Shown: positions 9,793 through 17,920 of the stretch, one piece after another
Layout: each line of letters opens with the position of its first letter
How positions within the stretch are numbered: the first letter of the stretch is position 1
DNA from: Desulfobacterales bacterium
GTDB taxonomy: Bacteria > Desulfobacterota > Desulfobacteria > Desulfobacterales > JAHEIW01
Direction of reading: 5' to 3'
DNA length: 64,000 nt
Assembly: GCA_050116835.1 (NCBI GenBank)
Contig: JASFNW010000002.1
Location: forward strand, 6,004 to 70,003
The notes under the pieces: model-generated
What the model saw: only the letters and a program-made list of their open reading frames with translations
What the model was told of the DNA's origin: nothing
Databases searched by the model: none
Program-made: the position numbers and the translations under genes

Positions 9793-10932
9793 ATGGCTAT
9801 TCCCCAACATTTAGAAATCCTCAAGCAAGGTGTCGCAGCCTGGAATCAATGGCGCACGGACAATGCCGGCACTGAACCTGATCTGGCGGGTTCTGATTTA
9901 AACAAAGCAGATCTCAAAGGCGCCAATTTGGGCGAAACCGATCTCAGGTGGGCGAATCTGACCTGGGCCGATCTGAGGGGTGCCAACCTTAACCGTGCCG
10001 ACCTGCGGCGGGCGAACCTCAGTCGCGCGATTTTCAATATGGCCAACCTCAGCGAGGCCAACCTCAGCGAGACTTACCTCAGTGGGGCTGATTTAAGTGA
10101 AGCCGACCTGAAACGCGCTATTTTCATCCGAGCAGATTTATCCAGCGTGGATCTATCTAACGCTGATTGTCAGCGGGCGGATTTTAGATGGGCTTATTTA
10201 ATCAAAGCCGGATTTAACGGAGCCAATCTCAGTGGTGCCAATTTGATTGAGGCCAATCTAACAAAAGCCGAACTCAAACAGAGCAACCTTGAAGAAGCGT
10301 TCGTTGCCTGGAGCTGTTTTGGTGACAACGATTTGAGCGAAACCGTCGGGTTAAATGCCGTCAAGCATTTCGGTCCGTCTACCATTGGTGTCGATACTAT
10401 TTATCGCTCGAAGGGCAGCATCCCGGAAAAATTCTTAAGGGGCGCAGGTGTTCCGGAACACTTTATTTCCTACACCGGTTATTTGAACGAAAAAGCCTTT
10501 AGGCACAATAGCTGCTTTATCAGCTTTTCCGGAAATGATCGCAATTTTATTGAAAAAATTGGCGATGACTTACAGCGAGAAGGCGTCCGCTGCTGGTATG
10601 CACCTGAAGAACTGAAGATGGGGGATGCCATTCGACAACAGGTGGATCAGCTGATTCGGGTACAGGATAAACTGCTGGTGGTCTTATCAAAATTTTCCGT
10701 TGAAAGCCAATGGATTCAAAAAGAAGTAGCGGCCGCCATCGAAGAAGAGCGCCATCGCAATAAGACAGTTTTATTTCCATTGCGACTGGACAACGGTCGC
10801 ATGGATGCTGAAAAGGACTGGCTGAAAGACCTTCAAAAAACCCATCCCATTTATGATTTTACGGCCTGGCAGAGCTGGGAAGCCTATTTTGCACAATTTA
10901 GCCGATTGGTTGACGATATAAAAGCAGCCTGA
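9793..10932 (+). CDS. pentapeptide-repeat / TIR-domain fusion protein
   Basis: 379 aa with RBS AAGGAG. Residues about 31-180 are tandem pentapeptide repeats (ADLKGANLGETDLRWANLTWADLRGANLNRADLRRANL...). Residues about 238-379 look like a TIR domain (CFISFSGNDRNF...VRCWYAPEEL..GD...LLVVLSKFSVESQWIQKEV). Confidence 0.85.
   Translation: MAIPQHLEILKQGVAAWNQWRTDNAGTEPDLAGSDLNKADLKGANLGETDLRWANLTWADLRGANLNRADLRRANLSRAIFNMANLSEANLSETYLSGADLSEADLKRAIFIRADLSSVDLSNADCQRADFRWAYLIKAGFNGANLSGANLIEANLTKAELKQSNLEEAFVAWSCFGDNDLSETVGLNAVKHFGPSTIGVDTIYRSKGSIPEKFLRGAGVPEHFISYTGYLNEKAFRHNSCFISFSGNDRNFIEKIGDDLQREGVRCWYAPEELKMGDAIRQQVDQLIRVQDKLLVVLSKFSVESQWIQKEVAAAIEEERHRNKTVLFPLRLDNGRMDAEKDWLKDLQKTHPIYDFTAWQSWEAYFAQFSRLVDDIKAA
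9883..10332 (+). repeat. 15-nt periodic coding repeats (pentapeptide repeat region)
   Basis: About 30 consecutive A(D/N)LxX pentads appear in the translated product. This is periodicity at the protein level, not a CRISPR array. Confidence 0.8.
10504..10929 (+). other. TIR-like domain of the 9793..10932 product
   Basis: Beta-strand/helix pattern FISFSG, CWYAPEEL, LLVVLS. The candidate catalytic Glu sits in the SQWIQKE motif (Glu311, nt 10723-10725). Confidence 0.7.
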
Positions 10933-11298
10933 GACCGGCCCGGTATGGCTCTGTCCGGAGCAAGCCGTCAACGTCGGTTGAATTGCCGGTAATAAATGCA
11001 CAAGGAAGTATGGAAAGGCTGGACTGCCCCCCGACGCCTTGCGGTAGTCGGCTTCCTTGCGCTAGTTATTTATATCCTACTTTGTGGTATATGTCAAGGT
11101 GAATCCCGGTAACGAAATCCGCTTGTAACCGGCCACCTGGGCCTCTGCTTGACACCTCAGCCTATCGATGCACTATCAGCAGATGCCCGCCTTACCGCAA
11201 AATCAAGTGATATCAACAAATTGGCTTAAGAAAATTCCTGTTCTGCCGATAGTACCCTATGGAATCTCTTGCGCAGACGTCAAACGGGATAATCAATT

Positions 11299-13323
11299 AT
11301 GGACAGCACAGAAAAAGAAACAGCAGAACTCGGCCAATCTGAACCATCGGACGCCGAAAGCGCTGATTCAGACCAAAGTTTACAAAACAAAAAAGTTAAA
11401 TTATCTTATAATTTTACGAAAAATACTGAAAGTGATCATTTAGATATTGAAGATGCGGATGCAGAACCGATTGCCCCAGACGACAACACATTGGAAACTG
11501 CGAAAACCGACCAACCCGATTCAGCCGAAACGCGTCAGACAGATGAAAAAGGCGATCCCGTAGACCACCCCCCGGACGACCCGGACCCGCAACCGAATCG
11601 CCACCACGGTGGGGAAAAATTAGCTAAAAGCAGTCCGAATGAACCTCGAGAAGGGAAGGGCGATGATGCTTCTTCGGATGCGGATGAAATTCCGCCTGGT
11701 AAAGAGGCACAAGACCTGGATCGCCCTGAACCGGACGACGGCGATCCAGAGACAAATGAACAGCCATCGCAATCATCGAATGGCATGGCAAATGATGAAC
11801 GTGCCGCAGGTGATTCGGTTGATGAGATTGAAATTAAAAACCACGGCCAACCAGCAGAACCTGCTGTTGAGCATGCGGAATTAGCAACTGATGATGCAGA
11901 TATCATGAGCACTGAAATGGATCTCGCTGCTCAATCCGAATTGTCTGACGAAAAAGTGGATGAATCTGATCAGCAACAGAGCGTCTCGGAAGAAGCGTCG
12001 ACCCCGCCAGCAAATACAGAAACAGCATCAGAAGCGGATGATGATGCAACCGATGTTTCACCCGTCGACAATCTATCGATGGAAGATCAGGCGGATTCGA
12101 TCCCCGAGACTGCAGAACCAACACTAAATGCTGCAGCTCCCAGATCACCAATCGCAAAGATAGTGGTGTCTGCAGTTTTGATCACCGCTCTTTTTTCTGG
12201 TTTTTTTATCTTTGGAAACAAGTCAAAGATAAAGCAGGACGAACCCGCGGCTGAGGCACCATCAGAGGATCAGGCACAACCGCTTAAATTTGAAAGAAGA
12301 GAAATAGTGGACATTCCCACCGCGGTGACCGCCGGTATTTATGACGACCTCATTAATGAAGTCAGTGCTCTCAGAGACTCCCTATTGAAAAAACAGGCAG
12401 AAGTGCTTGCGCTCAAAAACCGTTACCAGCAGAGCATTGAAGAACTGGAAAAAGAAATTTTAGACGAGCAACGCAAAGCCCATGTCCAGACATTTCAGCA
12501 GGCCATCAACCGTCATCGTATCGATTTCAGTCTGAAGACCATCCAGCGTCGACAGGCCTATATCAGACAGTTAGAAAAGCCACTTGAGTGGGTTTCGGGA
12601 GCCTGTGAAGAATTGCTGTACTTAAAAAGACGGGTGATGACCGATCTTCAGGTGTCTGCCATTGCCAGCGGAATTGACATGGACAGACATGTTCAGCAGA
12701 TGCATCGGTCCCTTAAAGAATACCGACCCACAGCAGACAAACTGGCCATTGATCCGACAAATGCCCATCTGGAATCGCTTGAAACCATATGGCAGCAGAT
12801 CCAGTCAAAGCAGAATGTAGAATCAGTTGAACGCGTTTTTTCCAAAAACCGAATGATATCGGCGCAAATTTGTGCTGGAGATTTTAGTCGTATCAACGAG
12901 CTATCTGAAATGACGGCTGAAACGGCAAAGTGCATTACCGGGATGCGGGCTTCAGATCTTTTTCTGAATCAGATTACCGAGATGACTCCAGCAGCTGCCA
13001 GACAACTGTGTCAATGGAAGGGCAGCTGGATATGTATGAATGGCATCAGAGCACTTTCGCCCCGGGCGGCGCACTATCTATTTCAGTGGGACGGCCGATG
13101 GATTTCTTTAAATGGACTGACAGAATTTCCGGCTGAAATCGGAGAAGCCCTTTTACGATGGCCAGGTCGGCAACTGGAACTTATGGGTTTGCTCGATACG
13201 ACCGATTCCCAAGCGCGGATCGGGATTGAATACCTGGCGGAGTGGGAACGATCGGGTGGGAAATTATTTGTCCCGAGAGACCTCCGCAAAAAAATAGACG
13301 CCTTGCACCAGCAGTCGGGTTAG
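11299..13323 (+). CDS. large acidic single-pass membrane protein with coiled-coil and C-terminal ~24-aa Trp-containing repeats (hypothetical)
   Basis: 674 aa. Residues 1-280 are a D/E/P/S-rich low-complexity region. A TM segment lies at about aa 286-305 (IAKIVVSAVLITALFSGFFIFG). The region after that is heptad-rich. The C-terminal repeats are LFLNQITEMTPAAARQLCQWKGSW / ICMNGIRALSPRAAHYLFQWDGRW / ISLNGLTEFPAEIGEALLRWPGRQ. Confidence 0.6.
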   Translation: MDSTEKETAELGQSEPSDAESADSDQSLQNKKVKLSYNFTKNTESDHLDIEDADAEPIAPDDNTLETAKTDQPDSAETRQTDEKGDPVDHPPDDPDPQPNRHHGGEKLAKSSPNEPREGKGDDASSDADEIPPGKEAQDLDRPEPDDGDPETNEQPSQSSNGMANDERAAGDSVDEIEIKNHGQPAEPAVEHAELATDDADIMSTEMDLAAQSELSDEKVDESDQQQSVSEEASTPPANTETASEADDDATDVSPVDNLSMEDQADSIPETAEPTLNAAAPRSPIAKIVVSAVLITALFSGFFIFGNKSKIKQDEPAAEAPSEDQAQPLKFERREIVDIPTAVTAGIYDDLINEVSALRDSLLKKQAEVLALKNRYQQSIEELEKEILDEQRKAHVQTFQQAINRHRIDFSLKTIQRRQAYIRQLEKPLEWVSGACEELLYLKRRVMTDLQVSAIASGIDMDRHVQQMHRSLKEYRPTADKLAIDPTNAHLESLETIWQQIQSKQNVESVERVFSKNRMISAQICAGDFSRINELSEMTAETAKCITGMRASDLFLNQITEMTPAAARQLCQWKGSWICMNGIRALSPRAAHYLFQWDGRWISLNGLTEFPAEIGEALLRWPGRQLELMGLLDTTDSQARIGIEYLAEWERSGGKLFVPRDLRKKIDALHQQSG

Positions 13324-13350
13324 GACAATTGTGAACACTCAGGAGTTTAA

Positions 13351-13926
13351 ATGAAATTGCTAGTAATTGGAAAATATAGTTTGCTGATTGTCATTCTGTC
13401 AATCGCATGTTCGTCGATGGCCGCCGGCGGAGCCAAAGCGCATACCCTCGAAGGAAGAATAAACGATATAGCCTTGTTACGAGCGAAGATCATCGATAAA
13501 ATCGATCAGGCCGTTGAAATCAGACGTTATCTGGAGCAGCGGTCGGATAAACTGCAAGCGGAAATCCGCTCCGAGCAGATGCGCGCTGACATACATTCTT
13601 ATCAGGCGGCTCTGCAAAATTTGCGCATTCGTAATAACCTCCGTTTAATACAAACCCTCCAGGCGTATATAAAACTAATCAACGAGCGTATTGATTACTA
13701 TCAAACCGGCAATGGGCGCTTAAGGTTTTTGATCGATCAGATCCATGATGATTTGGCCATTATCGGCATTTTAAAGGACATGCAGACCCAAGACCTTATC
13801 GATCGTATCGACCTTGTTTTCAATGAATTCAATCCTGAATTGCAAAAACCGATCATCAACATAGCCCACATCCGCCTGCTTCCCACAGAATATGTGTGGG
13901 AAAATATTTGCCTCGAGGACAATTAA
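13351..13926 (+). CDS. secreted coiled-coil protein, paralogous to the central domain of the upstream 674-aa protein
   Basis: 191 aa, AGGAG RBS, signal peptide. It aligns without gaps to aa 352-455 of the 11299..13323 product, sharing LR, EI, EQ, RI, IQ..QAYI and DL. Confidence 0.55.
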   Translation: MKLLVIGKYSLLIVILSIACSSMAAGGAKAHTLEGRINDIALLRAKIIDKIDQAVEIRRYLEQRSDKLQAEIRSEQMRADIHSYQAALQNLRIRNNLRLIQTLQAYIKLINERIDYYQTGNGRLRFLIDQIHDDLAIIGILKDMQTQDLIDRIDLVFNEFNPELQKPIINIAHIRLLPTEYVWENICLEDN

Positions 13927-14205
13927 GCCAGAACCGACCAAAGGCGCATGCACGGATGTTAGACAGCTTGAGCCCCCTGCCTGCTGAAGGTCGCGTGGCG
14001 TAAACCTTTTGCGTTTGCCCCCAATTCTCAAAAATCAGATCCTTTTTTGGCAGAAACAACATCAATCCCGTTATACGCAGACCTGCGGCCGGCTGAACAG
14101 GTTAAACGAATCAATCGAATGGCGCGGCGACATTGAAAGCAACCGGAACATGTTTAGGTTTATATAGCCATTCTTTTTGAAACCTAAAACGTGGAGGTTA
14201 TCGCC

Positions 14206-14673
14206 ATGCGCGACCGAATCTTTCAAACAACCGTTTGCCTGCTGATGCTATTATTGTTTTCTTTTGGCCATGCACTGGGGACGGAAAATGTTTCCACTGT
14301 AACCGATCAGCTGTTCAATGGCCATATGTGGCTACTGCTCAACGATTCTCAGAAAATCACTCACTTGACGGGCATTCAGGAGGGCATCCAGTTGTGTCTG
14401 TCGCAGATCAAAGAAGATCTCTTAATCCCGCCTGCGCTGATGGCTTCGATGCAGGAAACCGGCATGTTTGATCGGAGCCGCATGCTGTTTAGCATGCAGG
14501 GTGTGAGCGGTATTTCTAAGCGTATAGATGTCTTTTACCGTAATGCCGACAATCTGATCATTCCAATCGTTGAAGCGTACCGGCATGTCACCCTCCGGTT
14601 AAATTTTAGTGATCCCCAGGAAGTAGCGCAAAATCTAACCCGGCTGAGATTAAAATATAAAAAAATAGATTAG
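14206..14673 (+). CDS. hypothetical secreted protein
   Basis: ATG at 14206 lies 8 nt after GGAGG. Signal-peptide-like N-terminus (TTVCLLMLLLFSFGHALG). No family recognised. Confidence 0.45.
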   Translation: MRDRIFQTTVCLLMLLLFSFGHALGTENVSTVTDQLFNGHMWLLLNDSQKITHLTGIQEGIQLCLSQIKEDLLIPPALMASMQETGMFDRSRMLFSMQGVSGISKRIDVFYRNADNLIIPIVEAYRHVTLRLNFSDPQEVAQNLTRLRLKYKKID

Positions 14674-14712
14674 TATAACTTTCTGTAATTAATGGTTAAT
14701 TTAACATTGACC

Positions 14713-14741
14713 TTGTCAAGAGCCTTGATTTACGCTATGAT
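14713..14741 (+). promoter_or_regulatory. candidate sigma-70 promoter for the 14807 gene
   Basis: TTGTCA (14713-14718), a 17-nt spacer, then TATGAT (14736-14741). Confidence 0.35.
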
Positions 14742-14806
14742 ATAAGGAGTCGATCGCTCGTTAGGCCACGCGAGTGCTTATATCATGGCGAAATGAGGCA
14801 ATTTAA

Positions 14807-15211
14807 ATGAAAAAATGCACGTTGATCGGAGTCGTTCTGCTGGGTATGATCGTATACGGCTGGTCGTGCTCGGGTCCCAAAATATCAGTGGAAGAAGAAA
14901 ATGTGCTGGCCTCGCTTTCCAACATCCAGCAAAGCCTGGAAAACAACGTGACTTACGAAGAATTCATTGAATTGTTGAATCAGGCCAAAACTGAAATCGA
15001 TCAACTAAAAAGCAATGGTGAAAATAGTCCCTGTTTTTTAGGGGCTGTCGATAAGTGCTATGCATTTTACTACACCGGCAGCAAGGCCTGGCGGCAAAAA
15101 ATAGAAGCAACCGACGAGGCCCGTAAAAACGATATGGACCTGACCCTATCGGTGCTGCAATCGCGCGCAGCACTCACCATCCAACTGGCGGGCGAATGCT
15201 ATGAAAATTAA
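14807..15211 (+). CDS. hypothetical lipoprotein/secreted protein
   Basis: 134 aa. N-terminal MKKCTLIGVVLLGMIVYGWSCSG is signal/lipobox-like. No family recognised. Confidence 0.5.
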   Translation: MKKCTLIGVVLLGMIVYGWSCSGPKISVEEENVLASLSNIQQSLENNVTYEEFIELLNQAKTEIDQLKSNGENSPCFLGAVDKCYAFYYTGSKAWRQKIEATDEARKNDMDLTLSVLQSRAALTIQLAGECYEN

Positions 15212-15306
15212 CATCCGCTCAACCCGCCGTACCCGATTCGTTCCTTTCTCAAATTATAGCGCTTATCATTAAAATGTTCCCCAAAAAGGATGGCGGCATA
15301 AGTGTT

Positions 15307-15352
15307 GTCGCAAAAAAACGTTCTGCAATCGGAACGTTTTTTTGACAGCGAC
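15307..15352. terminator. bidirectional hairpin terminator between convergent genes
   Basis: AAAAAAACGTTC-tgcaatcg-GAACGTTTTTTT forms a perfect 12-bp stem with A- and T-runs on each side. It is extended by GTCGC/GCGAC. Confidence 0.55.
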
Positions 15353-15409
15353 TATAAACCTGTAGCGTTCCAACTTGCAACTGTTCAGATATCCCGATGT
15401 GCTTTAAAT

Positions 15410-15577
15410 TTAGGCCGACGGATTCTGCTGATCCAGTTGCTGCAAAAATTCCCTGAACCAGGGCGGATTGTGCCAGATGATATAGACCAGAAACATGGCG
15501 GTGAGGGGAAGAAAAAAAACAGCCAGGTCCAGCAACAGAATGATAATGCAAATCAGGATCCGTTGCTTTTTATTCAT
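15410..15577 (-). CDS. small hydrophobic membrane protein (55 aa, hypothetical)
   Basis: I start it at MNKKQRILICIIILLLDLAVFFLPLTAMFLVYII (ATG 15577), which has GGAGG 5 nt upstream. Confidence 0.4.
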   Translation of the reverse strand: MNKKQRILICIIILLLDLAVFFLPLTAMFLVYIIWHNPPWFREFLQQLDQQNPSA

Positions 15578-15712
15578 GTATTCCTCCGTATGAAAAACGG
15601 TTTGAAAAATTAATATAATAGTGTTTGCGGGATTTTGTCTCAAGATGCCGAATATTCCATCCGGCATGATTGAAAAGGGACGGGTAAACAGCAGATGATC
15701 AGGTGATCGATG

Positions 15713-16069
15713 TCACATAAGCCCGTTGTCTTTTAAAATGGTCATGGTTCTTTGGCCGATAGTGGTCACCTGTGTCAGGGCCTGAGTGAGGTGGTAGCCG
15801 GCTTCGTACGCCACATTGGAATTGATCATGACCATAGCCGTATCGATACTTTTTTCAACTTCCTGCCAGAGTTCATTCGGCGCTGTTTTTTTGCATATCA
15901 GTATCTCGCTGCCGATCATATCGATCAGGGCCTTAATGATCTTTTCAGCGCCAGGTTTATCTGCTTCAGGCAACGCTTTGAAAAGTTCAACCGTCTGCGA
16001 GGCCCAGATCAACCCGCCCTTAATTTTTTCACTTTGAGAAAAAGTCGTAATTGCATCCGCTGTCTTCAT
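15713..16069 (-). CDS. hypothetical protein
   Basis: I start it at MKTADAITTF (ATG 16069), which has AAGGTGG 7 nt upstream. No family recognised. Confidence 0.45.
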   Translation of the reverse strand: MKTADAITTFSQSEKIKGGLIWASQTVELFKALPEADKPGAEKIIKALIDMIGSEILICKKTAPNELWQEVEKSIDTAMVMINSNVAYEAGYHLTQALTQVTTIGQRTMTILKDNGLM

Positions 16070-16302
16070 AAAAAGACCACCTTTCCGTGGACGATATCTA
16101 TAATTCAAATAAAAATTCCAAATTTACACCTGGCGTGATGGCGACCTGGATTACTGGTTGCGCAAAACGCATGAAATTTGAATTCAATCAATTAGGCATT
16201 TCAGCACTCCATTACGCCAACATTCCAATACTCCGGTATCAGAATGCTAAAATGTTTAATGTAACTCCAAGGTCTTTGTAAGCTATTTGATAGGATTCGA
16301 AC

Positions 16303-17052
16303 CTATGGTCGGTTGATCATCGCCGCCACATACCCAGCCCCAAAACCGTTATCAATATTGACGACCGCAACATTTGAGCTGCAGCTGTTCAGCATTGCAA
16401 ACAAGGCCGCCAGGCCGCCTAGGCTGGCACCGTATCCGATGCTCGTCGGCACTGCAATCACCGGGCGATTGATCATTCCGGCGACAACGCTTGGCAAGGC
16501 ACCCTCCATGCCGGCTACAACAATCAGCACAGATGCCTTTTGAATGGTTTCTCGATGACTCAAAAGTCGATGTAGACCCGAGACGCCCACGTCAAATATG
16601 GTTTCTACCCGGTTGCCCATGGCCTGGGCAGTCAGAAACGCTTCCTTTGCAACCGGAATATCCGATGTGCCGGCTGAAATGATGAGAATGGTTCCGCGGC
16701 CGGTCACTTCCGGTTTTTTACGCATCCACACGATCATACGAGCATCCGGGTGATAAACTGCACCTGGAAATCGGGTAGTGACCGCATCGGCTTTTTCCGG
16801 CCCAATGCGGGTGACCAGTAAAATGCTTTCCTGCTGGGTCATTTTTTGCATGATGCCGATCACCTGATCCGCGGTTTTCCCCTTACCGAAAATGACTTCA
16901 GGAAAACCTTTACGCAACGAGCGGTGGTGATCGACATGGGCAATTTCGATATCTTCAAAACACAGGTGACGTAATTTGTTGATGGCATCTGGAACTGCCA
17001 GCTGACCGTCAGCCACGGATTGTATAATTTCCGCCAGCAAATTATGATCCAT
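16303..17052 (-). CDS. larB: LarB-type AIR-carboxylase-like protein (nickel-pincer cofactor biosynthesis)
   Basis: 249 aa. N-terminal extension with RSLRKGFPEVIFGKGKT, followed by a PurE-like domain (ILIISAGTSDIPVAKEA...VVAGMEGALPSVVAG). Confidence 0.8.
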   Translation of the reverse strand: MDHNLLAEIIQSVADGQLAVPDAINKLRHLCFEDIEIAHVDHHRSLRKGFPEVIFGKGKTADQVIGIMQKMTQQESILLVTRIGPEKADAVTTRFPGAVYHPDARMIVWMRKKPEVTGRGTILIISAGTSDIPVAKEAFLTAQAMGNRVETIFDVGVSGLHRLLSHRETIQKASVLIVVAGMEGALPSVVAGMINRPVIAVPTSIGYGASLGGLAALFAMLNSCSSNVAVVNIDNGFGAGYVAAMINRP

Positions 17053-17053
17053 G

Positions 17054-17902
17054 TTATTCCTTTAATTCCTGCTCGGTAAAACTGTCGGAGGGCCCCGGAG
17101 ACGCCAGCGGCGCCTGCGCTAATTTTTCCAGATCCTTTATCTTTCTGAGCATTGAATCGAGTCGCTTGTCAATTGCCAGCTTGGCGACATCTAAATCTCT
17201 TTGAAAGTTTTTTCTGGCTTTTAGCAATTCCAGCTGCAGCGCATCTTTGTCCATTTTGCGTTCCGAAAGGGTTGTGATGTCGGATTGGATGCGTGCTAAA
17301 TCGCTCAGGGATTTATCGACGTTTTTAGAAAGCGTTGACAGCTGCTGTTTGAGGTCCTTGTTTAATGCTGTCATGTCCTCAGAAACCGTTTTGATATCAT
17401 CGCGCATGGCAGCCAGATCTTTTAATTCCTTGTGGACGGGTTTCAGAGCCGCATCGATTTTGGCAACAACTTCCTGCTGGTCTTTTTTATCTGCCTTTGT
17501 CGCATTTATTTTGGCTACGGTGTCTTCGGCCTCTTTAAGATTGGCTTTCATGGCTAGGTCGACTTTTTCGAGTTGAGCCAATTTTTCGTTCAACGCAGCT
17601 TCAAGGTCGTTGTATTTTGAGGATAAAACGTCAAATCTTTCTTCCAACTGACTGGAAAGCGTTTGAATTTCCATGGCGCCGACATCCTGGCTCTGGTTGA
17701 CGCGACTGGTAATCTCTCGAAAGGCAATGTAGAATATTGCCCCGATGAGCACCGGGATAAGAATCGATATGATGGTCACCCGATGGCTCAGTTTTTCAAC
17801 TTTGCGGTCCTTGACGTCCTCCCGGTAGACCTCTTGCTCGGAATCCGGTTCTTCATCATTGCCTTCAAATTTAAATGAGGGATATTGTTCGTCGTCGATC
17901 AT
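17054..17902 (-). CDS. membrane-anchored coiled-coil protein (hypothetical)
   Basis: 282 aa. Acidic N-terminus, one TM (IISILIPVLIGAIFYIAF) and a long heptad-rich region. It is packed tightly between guaA and larB (18-nt and 1-nt gaps). Confidence 0.55.
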   Translation of the reverse strand: MIDDEQYPSFKFEGNDEEPDSEQEVYREDVKDRKVEKLSHRVTIISILIPVLIGAIFYIAFREITSRVNQSQDVGAMEIQTLSSQLEERFDVLSSKYNDLEAALNEKLAQLEKVDLAMKANLKEAEDTVAKINATKADKKDQQEVVAKIDAALKPVHKELKDLAAMRDDIKTVSEDMTALNKDLKQQLSTLSKNVDKSLSDLARIQSDITTLSERKMDKDALQLELLKARKNFQRDLDVAKLAIDKRLDSMLRKIKDLEKLAQAPLASPGPSDSFTEQELKE

Positions 17903-17920
17903 AATTGCGGTCCTTATATT

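Noticed and set aside
9883-10332. Regular short-period DNA repeats that could be mistaken for a CRISPR or tandem-repeat array.
   Set aside because: The periodicity is 15 nt and in frame, with no spacers. It is fully explained by pentapeptide-repeat coding sequence.
11535-12160. GA/GC-rich low-complexity DNA with long ORFs on both strands (for example 11535..11912 minus and 11903..12157 minus).
   Set aside because: It is explained by the Asp/Glu/Pro/Ser-rich disordered N-terminus of the 11299..13323 product. The antisense ORFs are compositional artefacts.
16283-16303. A tRNA T-arm-like sequence on the minus strand (ATAGGTTCGAATCCTAT) immediately after the larB stop. It could be a tRNA gene or an att-site remnant marking the edge of the hypothetical-gene block.
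   Set aside because: The sequence upstream of it is larB coding sequence. There is no matching acceptor 5' strand (CTATTTG), no D-arm and no anticodon arm. No intact tRNA, integrase or second copy of the fragment exists in the window. I treat it as coincidence or at most an unprovable relic.
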